Translations under genes and position numbers: made by a program
Shown: positions 63,417-64,000 of the stretch, in pieces
How positions within the stretch are numbered: the first letter of the stretch is position 1
Layout: each line of letters begins with the position of its first letter
From: Salpingoeca rosetta
Lineage: Eukaryota > Protista > Choanoflagellata
Direction: 5' to 3'
DNA: 64,000 bases
NCBI GenBank assembly: GCA_033442325.1
Contig: JAWQFM010000002.1
Coordinates: forward strand, 1,207,473-1,271,472
Notes under the pieces: model-generated
What the model was told of the DNA's origin: nothing
Seen by the model: only the letters and a program-made list of their open reading frames with translations
Databases searched by the model: none

Positions 63417-63493
63417 CGCCGTTGTCCTGAGCAAGCCGTTTGCGACACCACAAAAATCACAGAGCACCCCCAGATCCACACAACAGCGTCAAC

Positions 63494-63598
63494 ATGGATA
63501 AGGGCGTTGAGGAGCCGCTGGACTTGATCCGGCTGTCACTGGATGAGCGCGTGACAGTGAAGATGAGGGGCAACCGCGTACTCTCGGGACAGCTGCAT
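63494..63598 (+). CDS. LSM3: U6 snRNA-associated Sm-like protein LSm3, exon 1 (remainder outside the window)
   Basis: [35 protein letters not shown] followed by a GTACGT donor. Confidence 0.93.
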
Positions 63599-63671
63599 GT
63601 ACGTGTAGTGCATGTGTGTGTGTTCGTGTGTGCCTGTGTGTGTTTGCGTGTCTGCGTGTGTCTGCGCGTGC

Positions 63672-63714
<43 letters not shown>

Positions 63715-63820
63715 GTTTTGTGTTTTTGTGTGTGTGTGTTCGTGACTGTCTTGTGTGTGTGTTTGTGTGTGTGTGTTCGTGACTGTCTTGTGTGCGTGTG
63801 CGTGCGTGTCTTGTGTCTTG

Positions 63821-63851
<31 letters not shown>

Positions 63852-64000
63852 CTTGTGTCTTGTGGCTTGTGGCTTGTGTGTGTGTGTGTGTGTGTGCATC
63901 TCTCTAACTCTAAACTCACACTATCTCTAGCATTTATAACTCTCGCAAATAGATATGTCATCGCAACACGAAACAATTTTTTCTTTTTTTTTTTAATTTT

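Noticed and set aside
63900-64000. AT-rich end as a terminator or LSM3 exon 2
   Set aside because: No AYDQH-like continuation is present; it looks like intron or low-quality sequence near a contig end.

Overview
Gene-dense, intron-rich eukaryotic genomic DNA (GT-AG introns filled with (GT)n/(CA)n, (TTTG)n and (TTG)n microsatellites, plus one 100-N scaffold gap). The style and gene content suggest a choanoflagellate such as Salpingoeca rosetta; this is inference, not a database match. Almost all listed ORFs are microsatellite or antisense artefacts. Manual splicing gives about 15 protein-coding genes, in order: ATRX-like ADD-domain protein (-, runs off the left edge), U2A'/SNRPA1 (-), AP-1/ATF-type bZIP (+), small single-pass membrane protein (+), long-form RNase Z (-), NEMP-family protein (+), ZCCHC7/Air (-), two divergent low-complexity unknown genes, TSR1 (+), a secreted Cys-rich PSI/furin-like repeat protein (+), METTL6 (-), EPG5 (+), a tandem GT25 glycosyltransferase (-) and LSM3 exon 1 (+). 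No tRNA, rRNA, CRISPR array or transposon was supportable. The best leads are: a head-to-head pair of unknown genes sharing a short helical motif cut by a same-phase intron; an ADD domain whose acidic histone-binding linker is basic; a double-GT25 enzyme; a secreted ECM-like protein; EPG5 with a GC-AG intron; and introns whose GU-rich 5' and CA-rich 3' ends could base-pair.
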